Shown here in pieces: positions 33,287 to 45,200 of a stretch of 64,000 nt of DNA (its first letter is position 1; each line of letters begins with the position of its first letter). The stretch is from the NCBI GenBank assembly GCA_002633005.1, contig NMRA01000804.1, positions 1 through 64,000 on the forward strand, given 5' to 3'. A program made the translations under genes and the position numbers. The notes below the pieces were generated by a model. That model searched no databases. It was not told the origin of the DNA and saw nothing but the letters and a program-made list of their open reading frames with translations. Source of the stretch: Phoronis australis. Its lineage: Eukaryota; Animalia; Phoronida.

Positions 33287-36200
33287 GTATGTGGAATTTT
33301 AAAAACTACTCTGTGCTTTTGTTCTATAGATACCTTAGTAAAATAGTTTCACATTAGTGATTGTTGTTTACCGTTAGACATACGCCTCCTGTCCTGGAAC
33401 CTAGTCCTGGAGGCCTAGGCAGTATCAGAGTACAGCTCCTCTGGCTTTGCCCTGTTGTAGCCCGACAAGAGAGGCAGTGATATGCATTTCAATATTTAAA
33501 AAAGAATAACATTGAATAATGTGTGATTCAGAAGAAACTGTTTGAAGCATGCCAAACGAATTATTTAGTCACAGCATTATTAGCCAATCATATGAATCAT
33601 AAACATTGGTATTACTCCTGACTCAGCAATTCAATTTACCAATGCCATATATGGAAAGAATGGGCAGTGCAAGTTGCCTTTGGCAACCTGGCGAAAATCC
33701 CAAGTTGGCAAATGGAATCTGGGGTGGCCAAAACTGATAATCACAGGTTGCCAAATGAAATATGAGGTTGCCGATCCAGCATAAAAGTTGTCGACTAAAA
33801 GCATTAAAAAAATTTATGGTCATCATGTGTCTCATTCTCAGTGTTGTGCGTTTCTCTGCCATTTCTGCCTTTAAATATACATTCATTCTCTGACTCAATT
33901 CCTCTCGCCAACGAACGAACATAGAACTCGGACAATTGCATGCACTGGGGGTGCATATTTCACTGATCTTGCCCGATTTTTGCGGAATAATTTCGACTTC
34001 CGTCTGTCTACTTCTTGTTGTAATTTAAGTGTGTGTTTGATGTGTGCCGACTCCTGTGGTGGCAAATGCACTGATTTCATGAAGTAAACTGAACAACTGC
34101 GAATAAAAGGTAACGAATCTAGGAAAACTGTCAGTAATTTGAAATTTGAGGAAGTCAACACGAACATTGAAACAAATATAGGAGGAATTATTGTCTGACT
34201 TTGATACTCACAGTGGCGACTTTGTGGCGACTTGAGATTTTTCCCAGGTCGCCAAACACAATCTTAAGTTGCATTGGCGACCTGCAGGTGGTACTGATAG
34301 GTCACTCAGTTTCACTTGACCTCACCCTGCCTATCTGAAATTTTGGAACCATGTAAACATGGGTCCTCAAAACTGTGACATGTATAAGATGGACTCTTAA
34401 AAATAAACTGACGGCACAATAGTGAATACAAACGTCCATGTGTGACTGGCTATTGCAATGCGATTGCGTTGGAAAGCATGTGGTTGTTAAATTTTTACAA
34501 TACTTGCAGAGCTGTGACAAAACATCGTCTGAGAACAGCGGAGAACAGGTGGAAAGTCAAACATTTGAGTTTCCAGTCACAAACCTGTACGAGCTAGAGG
34601 GTAGAGTGTTTACTGAATCCTGGTCTATTCCATATAAGAAGGAGGAGTCCCTTGGCAAATGTCTCATGGCTGCAATAAGACTGGCAAAGGAAGGTGTGTA
34701 GTAACATGCGTAAGCATAAAACAAAGTCTTCCAAGTAACAGTAACTTCTGTTCAAATTTTCCAAAACATGGTTATCGAAAATTCCATTTTTCAGTGGCTG
34801 ATCGCGTTTTTAACTTCTGAGGATTCACCTTGGTTTGTTTCATGGTGACTGTTGTGTACAAAGCATAAGGTGAAGTCGCTGTTTCCTTGATTAGGATTAT
34901 TTTTGTCCATAAATTTGACTAATAAAATTTCATCTGTCTGCGAAGTTGTATGCTTAAATGTATACAATTTGAAATAACTGCATGCCATACAACAGGTTGG
35001 GAGCACTAGATTAATTGACCTAATGCTTTTGTTTATCATTGTTAGGTCTCCTGGAGGCGGATGAGTACTGTCGGCGTTTTCTCAACAAGTGCATGCCAGA
35101 GTGTTTTCACAAGGTAAGTTGTCTTGGCTTGCTAGAACACGATTCCTCAAAACAAAGTTCCCGTTTTACCAAAAGCCATCACTTCTACACTCTGTCTTGG
35201 CTCAGACTGTGGTAAGTTCCACTGAATGTGGGTCATGAAATTGGTCAATACATGTTCATGCAAAGAACGTTGAAGTTTACTGGTCTTGTAAAAAGCACAG
35301 TGTTACATTGACAATAATGTGCTTACGACCATCTTTTTTATGTCTCAGCATACGAGTGTGGATAAAATGGACACCCAGCTCTTTTTGTTATACTTGTAAT
35401 GGTTTACCTGCCACGTGACTTCAGACGCCTTTTTGCCATTACAAACTCTAAATTAAGTGACTTGGGAACGAAATATAAGATTGAAAACATTTGTAAGAAG
35501 TTCGTAAAACTCACACATTTTGGAAATTGCTATAAATACAAAACTGGTGTTGATATTGAATTATGGACAGAAGACACGATCCTTACTGTTGTCTGTTCAA
35601 ACAAATTGAAGACTTTCTGTGTGATATCTTATGGGCGACAACTCTAACCAAAGCCGTACAATACAGCTCCTTAGCCATATAGATGCTTGCCAGACAGACA
35701 CAGGGGGCGAATCTACGATTTCACCCAATTTCATTGCTGAACAATTGGCTGCGTTTTGTTTAGTTCGCCGGTTTGTTGGACGCGCCTCCTAAGGGGTGTT
35801 TAAGCCCAGTGAACTTTGTCAAGATGGCTGCTGTGTTCACAAGATCATGTTTTCCTCGACTTATCCTTATACTGTTTGTACGCAGCTGATGTTCTCAGGA
35901 GCTGTCTACAGGTGGAATTCAGACATACATGAAGGGATTTACACCATGGTGCAGCTGTTAGTTGACCTGGTGGTCACCCAACTCCAGCATGACCCCGTAC
36001 CTGTTGACCTCCTCTATACCTTGGCAGAGGTAAGCAGTGTAACCTTTGAAGAGATATATGTTTTAATGATTTTAACGTAGAAAATAAATATCTAAAACTA
36101 AATAAGGCGATCCAGATCCTCCCGAGGATACTATTGTTTCACGAAATGTAGAATATAAATAGTTGATCCATTCTTGTTGTTTTATTTACCTATTTATATT

Positions 36201-39200
36201 CTGCATTAATGATTTTAAACATTCAAGTGTTGTAACCCATTTTACTAGTACATTTCTAAATATCGATTAATTACAAAGCTACATTTTAGTTCTAAATTAA
36301 ATTTGTTAAACATCTGATGTTCTTGGTGTGTTCGTTGCAGTTCTGTCTGGCTACTTATCACAATCTCTGTAATTACTACTGACTTAACTTTGACAACACA
36401 GCTATTTCATTGTGACAGATTGCTCTTTTCACATGGGTTATTAATTCTGGCGTAAAGTGTGTCAAAGGTTGGCACGACTTTGCTGACCTGCCCAGTTGAT
36501 TGTGAAAGCTAGATGTTACATTTGCAAACCCTTGGGGTGGTGAGGTGACCATTTCAAACACTTGCAGTTTTTGTTTGTTCTCTTTACCTGGATTCTTGAT
36601 TACCTTAAAGGCGAAGGCAACCTTTTTCCATGTCATTTTGAGCTAAAATAAGGTTGGTTGGTTATCCTAGACATATTTTTCACTTAATTACAGCTTTTCC
36701 TAATTTTATTAATTATTCGTCCGCTTTTCCGGAAGTGACGTTTTAGGAGGCAAGCGCTTCCCGCCAATTTCTTTTCACATAGTCTGACTGTGAGAGCTGC
36801 CGAGTCAGTCATTGTTCTATCTCGGTTGTGTTAAGTTCCGTCGTCGTTCGCTTTCATTTACTAGTCAGTCAACATGCCACACTGTTGCTGCGTACCGGGA
36901 TGTAGTAATTATCGGCTCACGCGCGCTTTGGGAGTGCCTTTGCATCGCTTTCCGATGGATGACACACTTCGCCGTACTCGGCTCGTTCGTGTGAAGAACG
37001 CAGCGTTACCCGTCCACGCAACGTACAAAGCAGTGGAGAATTACCGTGTNNNNNNNNNNNNNNNNNNNNNNNNNNNNNNNNNNNNNNNNNNNNNNNNNNN
37101 NNNNNNNNNNNNNNNNNNNNNNNNNNNNNNNNNNNNNNNNNNNNNNNNNNNNNNNNNNNNNNNNNNNNNNNNNNNNNNNNNNNNNNNNNNNNNNNNNNNN
37201 NNNNNNNNNNNNNNNNNNNNNNNNNNNNNNNNNNNNNNNNNNNNNNNNNNNNNNNNNNNNNNNNNNNNNNNNNNNNNNNNNNNNNNNNNNNNNNNNNNNN
37301 NNNNNNNNNNNNNNNNNNNNNNNNNNNNNNNNNNNNNNNNNNNNNNNNNNNNNNNNNNNNNNNNNNNNNNNNNNNNNNNNNNNNNNNNNNNNNNNNNNNN
37401 NNNNNNNNNNNNNNNNNNNNNNNNNNNNNNNNNNNNNNNNNNNNNNNNNNNNNNNNNNNNNNNNNNNNNNNNNNNNNNNNNNNNNNNNNNNNNNNNNNNN
37501 NNNNNNNNNNNNNNNNNNNNNNNNNNNNNNNNNNNNNNNNNNNNNNNNNNNNNNNNNNNNNNNNNNNNNNNNNNNNNNNNNNNNNNNNNNNNNNNNNNNN
37601 NNNNNNNNNNNNNNNNNNNNGCGGGAAGCGCTTGCCTCCTAAAACGTCACTTCCGGAAAAGCGGACGAGTAATTAATAAAATTACGAAAAGCTGTAATTA
37701 AGTGAAAAATATGTCTAGGATAACCAACCAACCTTATTTTAGCTCAAAATGACATGGAAAAAGGTTGCCTTCGCCTTTAATTTTGCCATCTTGAATGCCC
37801 GTAATTGTGTTTGCCTAAGTCAATATTTGTGCTGCTATTTACTGCGAATTGTTTGCGTTAACACTAATCTCTATGGGGAACTGTGTGCTTAAAGAATGCA
37901 ACAGTCAGTTATAGAAGAGACATTATTTTATTAATTTAAACTTATAATCTTACAGTTTGGGAATTGATAGGTTTACAAAAACTGTCGTGGAAATCAAGGT
38001 AGTTTTTAAGACATGTTTGTGCTTTGTGGATCATAACTGGGTCTCATCTCGAAGTTGTTTATGAATTCTCATGGGCCTTTTATTCAAGGCTTTGTGCATA
38101 TATTTGTGTTTTTTTGAATCCTTCCTACTGGATATGATCAAACGTAATCCATTCTAGAGGATGTTATTCAGTTCCCATTCCTTTGTTGCAGGTTCTGAAC
38201 CCTGACTCTGAGTTTCACACCAAGAACCGGTTGTCCAAGCCAGACAGATTATACTGGGAAGACAAGCTGGGGCAAGGGAAAACATTTGGGCAAGGCACAT
38301 CCAACGGATGGTTGACTAACTTTATCAACAGGGTGCGTTACTTGTCATTAGTCTTTTTGCATCCATTAGAAGACAATTTGTCATTATTTTTTTACCTCAA
38401 TACAGCGCCATCTTTGTGGCTTGACCCTTTGTTTTGGTTTCTGATTGCAGCGAGTTCGTGTTGGTAATTACCCATGACGTAATCACAGCACGAATGTCTT
38501 TGAATTTGGATTGTTTTTAACTGAATGCCGAATTCGCTGATGTTCATTTGATGTATTTCATTTCAACTTGACTTGTGTGACACTTAAAATTTTATATAGT
38601 GTAATGTGATATTATTTAGCGGAGCATTTGCGGTGGCATTTAGTGCTTGTAGGGACTCTATTCCAGCTGAACGGTGTCACGTTTTTTCATTAGAAGTTAT
38701 TGCGTGTTGATGGACTTCTTGAGAAGCATCAGCTGATCTCAATTTGGAGACAAGTATCATGATCACTGTGCATTAGATTCTTGCTACAGTTTTGGATTAT
38801 GTAGCACTAACCTTGGGGACTTCAAGATGTTGCCAAGGTAGTAAGTACGGTTGCCATGGAGATGGTTCACAAATCATGGTTTTGGGGTAGAATTTGAAGT
38901 CAGTTTTTAACACTTCTGAATTCCAATTCCAGTGTATTGCGTATGGCATCAGTATGTTTATTTTACTTTATTTTCAGTTTGCCTATAAGGATGGATTCAG
39001 TCATGTTGAGCGCCACCTACGGGCCGAAAACCTTGACTTAGATGTAAGCATCAATTATAGATTGCTAAACTTAATATTCACATTGGTTAATTATACAAAT
39101 GATTTGAAACAAAACTTTATTTAACGTGCATTAAGGCCAGTGTGCCTATATCGGAAATAATGGATTTATTTTCAAAGACCGTATAATGGTTAAATTCCAT

Positions 39201-42200
39201 TGATTCTCAATTCTGGCGTGAAATTAAGCATGAAAAACACTGGAGCCCAGGACAAGACTGCGTTTATTATTTCAAATTTCAAGCCGAACTGCCAAGGCCC
39301 AGCTGGCCACATCCTCGTGAAACACGGTGGGGGATTTTACTGAAGAATGGCTAGCACATGACCCCTACAAATAAACGTGTGACTGGAATTTTCTCACTCG
39401 TACTTTACCCTGCCTCAGGTCCCATGCCAAGCTTTGCTACGTACTAGTTGCCTTGATTACTGTGAGAATTATAGAAAGATCTCTGCATGGTTTGTTGTAA
39501 TGTGGTGAGACTATTGTGTCTACTACCTGAGCTAGGTCAAGTGTGAACTACACCTTAATGTATCATGATTATTTGAAGGAGAGAGTAAAGTTCCATAGAA
39601 ACAAGAACCTTGCAAAAATGCAAGATTGTGGAAGACTGCAAGATATCGCCGCGTATTAAAAACGAAGTACCCAATGGCTTTAGCCTTATCCATTTACGCA
39701 ATTCCCAGCATGCACCATCATACTTGAAGCAGAGGTAAAGAGCCCTCGTGCATTTTTGTTTCTTGTTGCTAACATTGTGTGATGCACCCATCCAGAAGTT
39801 GTTGTGTCGTTTTGCAGGAAATGGCTGCACTGTTGGTCCCTTTTGGTGTGTGTGCCGAGTTCCTGAACCCCTCTCAGCTGNGCAAACGTGAGGACGCTTT
39901 AATAGCTGGCGTGACACGAGAGCGCAATCGCGTGTCACGTAAACTATTCTCTAACAACATCATGTTTTCCTCGACTTATCCTTATACTCTTTGTACGCAG
40001 CTGATGTTCTCAGGAGCTGTCTACAGGTGGAATTCAGACATACATGAAGGGATTTACACCATGGTGCAGCTGTTAGTTGACCTGGTGGTCACCCAACTCC
40101 AGCATGACCCCGTACCTGTTGACCTCCTCTATACCTTGGCAGAGGTAAGCAGTGTAACCTTTGAAGAGATGTATGTTTTAATGATTTTAACGTAGAAAAT
40201 AAATCTAAAACTAAATAAGGCGATCCAGATCCTCCCATGGATACTATTGTTTCACGAAATGTAGAATATAAGTAGTTGATCCATTCTTGTTGTTTTATTT
40301 ACCCATTTATATTCTACATTAATGATTTTAAACATTCAAGTTTTGTAACCCATTTTACTAGTACTTTTCTAAATACCGATTAATTACAAAGCTACATTTT
40401 AGTTCTAAATTAAGTTCGTTAAACATCTGATGTTCTTGGTGTGTTCGTTGCAGTTCTGTCTGGCTACTTATCACAATCTCTGTAATTACTACTGACTTAA
40501 CTTTGACAACACAGCTACTTCATTGTGACAGATTGCTCTTTTCACGGGTTATTAATTCTGGCGTAAAGTGTGTCAAAGGTTGGCACGACTTTGCTGACCT
40601 GCCCAGTTGTTTGTGAAAGCTAGATGTTACATTTGCAAACCCGTGGGGTGGCGAGGTGACCATTTCAAACACTTGCAGTTTTTGTTTGTTCTCTTTACCT
40701 GGTTTCTTGATTACCTTAGTTTTGCCATCTTGAACGCCTGTAATTGTGTTGCCTAAGTCAATATTTGTGCTGCTATTTACTGCGAATGGTTTGCGTTAAC
40801 ATTAATCTCTTTGGGGAACTGTGTGCTTAAAGAATGCAACAGTCAGATATAGAAGAGACATTTTATTAATTTAAACTTATAATCTTACAGTTTGGGAATT
40901 GAGAGGTGTACAAAAACTGTCGTGGAATGCAAGGTAGTTTTTAAGACATGTTTGTGCTTTGTGGATCATAACTGGGTCTCATCTCGAAGTTGTTTATGAA
41001 TTCTCATGGGCCTTTTATTCAAGGCTTTGTGCATATATTTGTGTTTTTTTGAATCCTTCCTACTGGATATGATCAAACGTAATCCATTCTATAGGATGTT
41101 ATTCAGTTCCCATTCCTTTGTTGCAGGTTCTGAACCCCGACTCTGAGTTTCACACCAAGAACCGGTTGTCCAAGCCAGACAGACTATACTGGGAAGACAA
41201 GTTGGGGCAGGGGAAAACATTTGGGCAAGGCACATCCAACGGATGGTTGACTAACTTTATCAACAGGGTGCGTTGCTTGTCATTAGTCTTTTTGCATCCA
41301 TTGGAGGACCATTTGTCATTATTTTTAACCCCAATACAGCGCCATCTTTGTGGCTTAACCCTTTGTTTTGGTTTCTGAGTGCAGCGAGTTCGTGTTGGTA
41401 ATTACCCATGACGTAATCACAGCCCGGATGTTTTTGAATTTGGATTGTTTTTAACTGAATGCCGGATTCGCTGATGTTCATTTGATGTATTTCATTTTGG
41501 CTTGACCTGTGTGAGACTTAAAAGTTCATATAGTGTAATGTGATATTATTTAGCGGAGCATTTGTGGTGGCATTTAGTGCTTGTGGGGACTCTATTCCAG
41601 CTGAACGGTGTCATGTTTTTTCATTGGAAGTTATTCGGTATTGATGGACTTCTTGAGAAGCATCAGCTGATCTCAATATGGAGACAAGTGCCATAATCAC
41701 TGTACATTAGATTCTTGCTGCAGTTTTGGATTATGCAGCAGTAACTTTGGGGACTTCAAGATGTAATGCCAAGGTCGTAAGTACGGTTGCCATGGAGATG
41801 GTTCACAAATCATGGTTTTGGGGTAGAATTTGAAGTCAGTTTTTAACACTTCTGTATTCCAATTCCAGTGTATTGCGTATGGCATCAGTTGTTTATTTTA
41901 CTTTTATTTTCAGTTTGCCTATAAGGATGGATTCAGTCATGTTGAGCGCCACCTACGGGCTGAAAACCTTGACTTAGATGTAAGCATCAATTACAGATTG
42001 TTAAACTTAATATTCACATTGGTTAATTATACAAATGATTTGAAACAAAAATTTGTTTAACGTGCATTAAGGCCAGTGTGCCTATATTGGAAATAATGCA
42101 TTTATTTTCAAAGAATGTATAATGGTTAAATTCCATTGATTCTCAATTCCGGCGTGAAATTAAGCATGAAAAACACCGGAGCCCTGGACAAGACTGCGTT

Positions 42201-45200
42201 TATTATTTCAAATTTCAAGCCGAACTGCCAAGGCCCAGCTGGCCACACCCTTGTGAAACACGGTGGGGGATTTTACTGAAAAATGACTAGCACATGACCC
42301 CTACAAATAAACGTGTGACTGGAATTTTCTCACTCGCACTTTACCCTGCCTCAGGTCCCATACCAAACTTTGCTATGTACTAGTTGCCTTGATTACTGTG
42401 AGAATTATAGAAAGATCTCTGCATGGTTTGTTGTAATGTGGTGAGACTATTGTGTCTACTACCTGAGCCAGGTCAAGTGTGAACTACACCTCAATGTATC
42501 ATGATTATTAGAATGAGAGAGTAAAGTTACATAGAAACAAGAACCTTGCAAAAATGCAAGATGGTGGAAGACTGCAAGATATCGCCGCGTATTAAAAACG
42601 AAGTACCAACGGCTTTAGCCTTATCCGCATAAATCTTGCGTCAACGGAACGCAACATTTACGCAATTCCCAGCATGCACCATCATACTTGAAGCAGAGGT
42701 AAAGAGCCCTCGTGCATTTTTGTTCCTTGTTGTTTAACAGTATATTGCTAACATTGTGTGACGCGCCCATCCTGAAGTTGTTGTGTGGTTTTGCAGGAAA
42801 TGGCTGCACTGTTGGTCCCTTTTGGTGTGTGTGCCGAGTTCCTGAACCCCTCTCAGCTGCGACCTGTACTCGGCCCTGGCATGGAGCGCGTTGTCAAGTA
42901 TATCACTGATATGACAGATAATGAGCTGAAAGACAAAGTAGGCATAATCACATTAAAAATAGTTGTCTACGCGATTTATTAATTAAAGATACTTTTTCCG
43001 TCTTCAAACTTTAATATCTTAAAGATACCCTTTCCGCATCACTTTCATTATCTACGTAGTCACAGAATAATTTCGTCAAAGTTTGCCTTTAAATGGTGTT
43101 CTTTCAACTTGTCGTCAATATTTTAAGAATTCACAGAATTGAGAATCTCATTTTTGTCTCGAATTTTTTAGTACTGAAGTTGAAACCTACGAAATGACTG
43201 CCGTAGACCCAGTTGAAGGATACCAAACATTTCATCTTTTTATAAACTTTACAGTAAAGAACACAAGTATGTAGAGGGCTGCACTTTATGAAATGATCCT
43301 ATTTGAGTGTTATTGTTCGACAGATGAGAGCATTCCCGAATACTGAACTTGGTGATTCGGATTTGATGGGTTGGTCATTTTATGCATTGAAAGCAGTTTG
43401 GCTAAAAATGAGGTGGTTCTATGACATTCCAGTAGATGGGGTTAGTTACTGTTTCATTCATTTGCGAGTGGACAGTATTGGGTTTTGTGCGAAGTGTTAT
43501 GTACACAGAAATATTCCTGACCAGGTTTGAACCTGTGCCCTTTGGATGCACCTGATGATAAAAAGTGTGCCTTTTTCAGACTTAGTGTACTTAAAATGGA
43601 AACATATGAACCAGAAACTCCAAAGGCAATCAAAATAAGAACAAAATCATGTTTTACCCCACTAAGTTGACTAGAATCTTGCATTTTGGGAGGAGTGTTA
43701 CGTTTTAAAAGGTACGCCTGGTGGTCAGACTGCTGCAATGTACTTGGGGTGCTGTAAGCGAATTCAGTAATTTCTGCCGTTATTGCTCATGACAGAAGAA
43801 AATCTTGCGATTGTAGATAGTGATTCACTTTCATTATCTCGTTTAAAACAGAAAGTCGCATGTGTCTCTGAGATACTGGCTAGTGTCAAACTGCTATGCA
43901 AACACCTATGGCAGAACCAGGTCAGTGATGTGGACAATCTCAGACTACAGGTGGCGCTGAGAATGCTTAAGTCTCCAAACTTCAATGCACGGATGAATGC
44001 GCTCAAGGATGTAAGTGTTGGCTAGTTGGAATCGACTTTCTTGAAAAGTGTTGAGGATAATAAAGATGCTGTAATGTGCATTGTTCTTTCATTGAATTCG
44101 AATTTCCATTATTTGTCAATATGACCAAAATCTAACTTTGATTAGTTTTTACCATTGACTGTATGCTGCTGTGCAGTTGTTGGTTAATCTGTGGGCTCAA
44201 ACTCTTGCCTAGCTTCCTGCCTTCTGATGTCATCAAAATGTATACGTCATCAAAGTTGTGTATTGTTCAGAATACTACAGATAACATGACGTTGCTAGGT
44301 TACAAATTTTTTTTTGATATGTGCTATTCTGTCATGATGCAAATTTTCCTATTTGTTGGTGTGATATAAGTTGTCTTGCAGTCTTGACCAATGTGTAAGA
44401 GGTCAAATTCTTTGGTTCTTGTTGAAACCGATTTCAAGATGGCTGTGTAACTGTAAAATTTTTATATTTCGTTGTTTGCTTCCATAGCTCTATTCTCTTT
44501 TGTTTTATATACTGCAGTACTATGCACTATCCTTATGGTTGTGATTGTATCATGGTTTTATTTCAACTGTTTGCCCACAGGTGACCAAGCTTATTGAGGA
44601 CAGTACAGCTTCTAAACCAGTGAAAATAGCTATACCCTCAGACAAACTTCTAGACTGGCTGGTAGACAACAAGGTTTTGTCTGTGGCTCTTGAAGGTAAG
44701 GGTGCTGCATTACACCAAGCTAGTGGTGCACATTTTATTGATTTTTTTGAACATGTGCACTTCGAAGGTTTTGAAGTTCATTAAAGAAACGTGCTTGGGC
44801 AGCAGCCGTTTACTTAACCTGCTTTGTACAGACTGTGATGAACATTATGAATTCTCCGCATTGTATTTGTCACATGGAGCACGCGTCTAAGGTATAAATC
44901 CTGGTGTGTCTCTTGGTGTTATTAGTACTCGGTTGTAACTGGTGGTCATGTCAACGTTGTAAATGTCAAGAGACCCAAGCTTGCCCTCAAAGTGATGTTG
45001 AATTGAGTTGTGCATACACTACACCACTACTTGGATGAAGTATTGCCCCCATCAAGAGTCCTAATTATTAGAGGTGTTGACCAATCATGACTCTTCATTC
45101 CAACAATTTTCTTGCCATAGAATTATACTTCTACTTTGTTTAATATTTTCCCACAATTTTCTGTCCTCAGTGACACGCTGCTGGTCTGACTGTGAGTTTC

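Larger units (their letters stand above)
27125..35842. repeat. Near-identical duplication 1 (27125-31124 vs 31221-35842), USP24 promoter to intron 3; probably allelic haplotypes
   Basis: Colinear identity with scattered SNPs and indels; single N at 31203 near the junction. Confidence 0.9.
35844..42859. repeat. Near-identical duplication 2 (35844-39880 vs 39959-42859), USP24 exons 4-7; probably allelic
   Basis: Colinear identity except the 36609-37776 insertion; single N at 39881 junction. Confidence 0.9.

Noticed and set aside
36874-37701. 275-aa and 198-aa ORFs in the ORF track
   Set aside because: Lengths are artefacts of reading through an N gap; only ~58 codons of THAP-like sequence are real.
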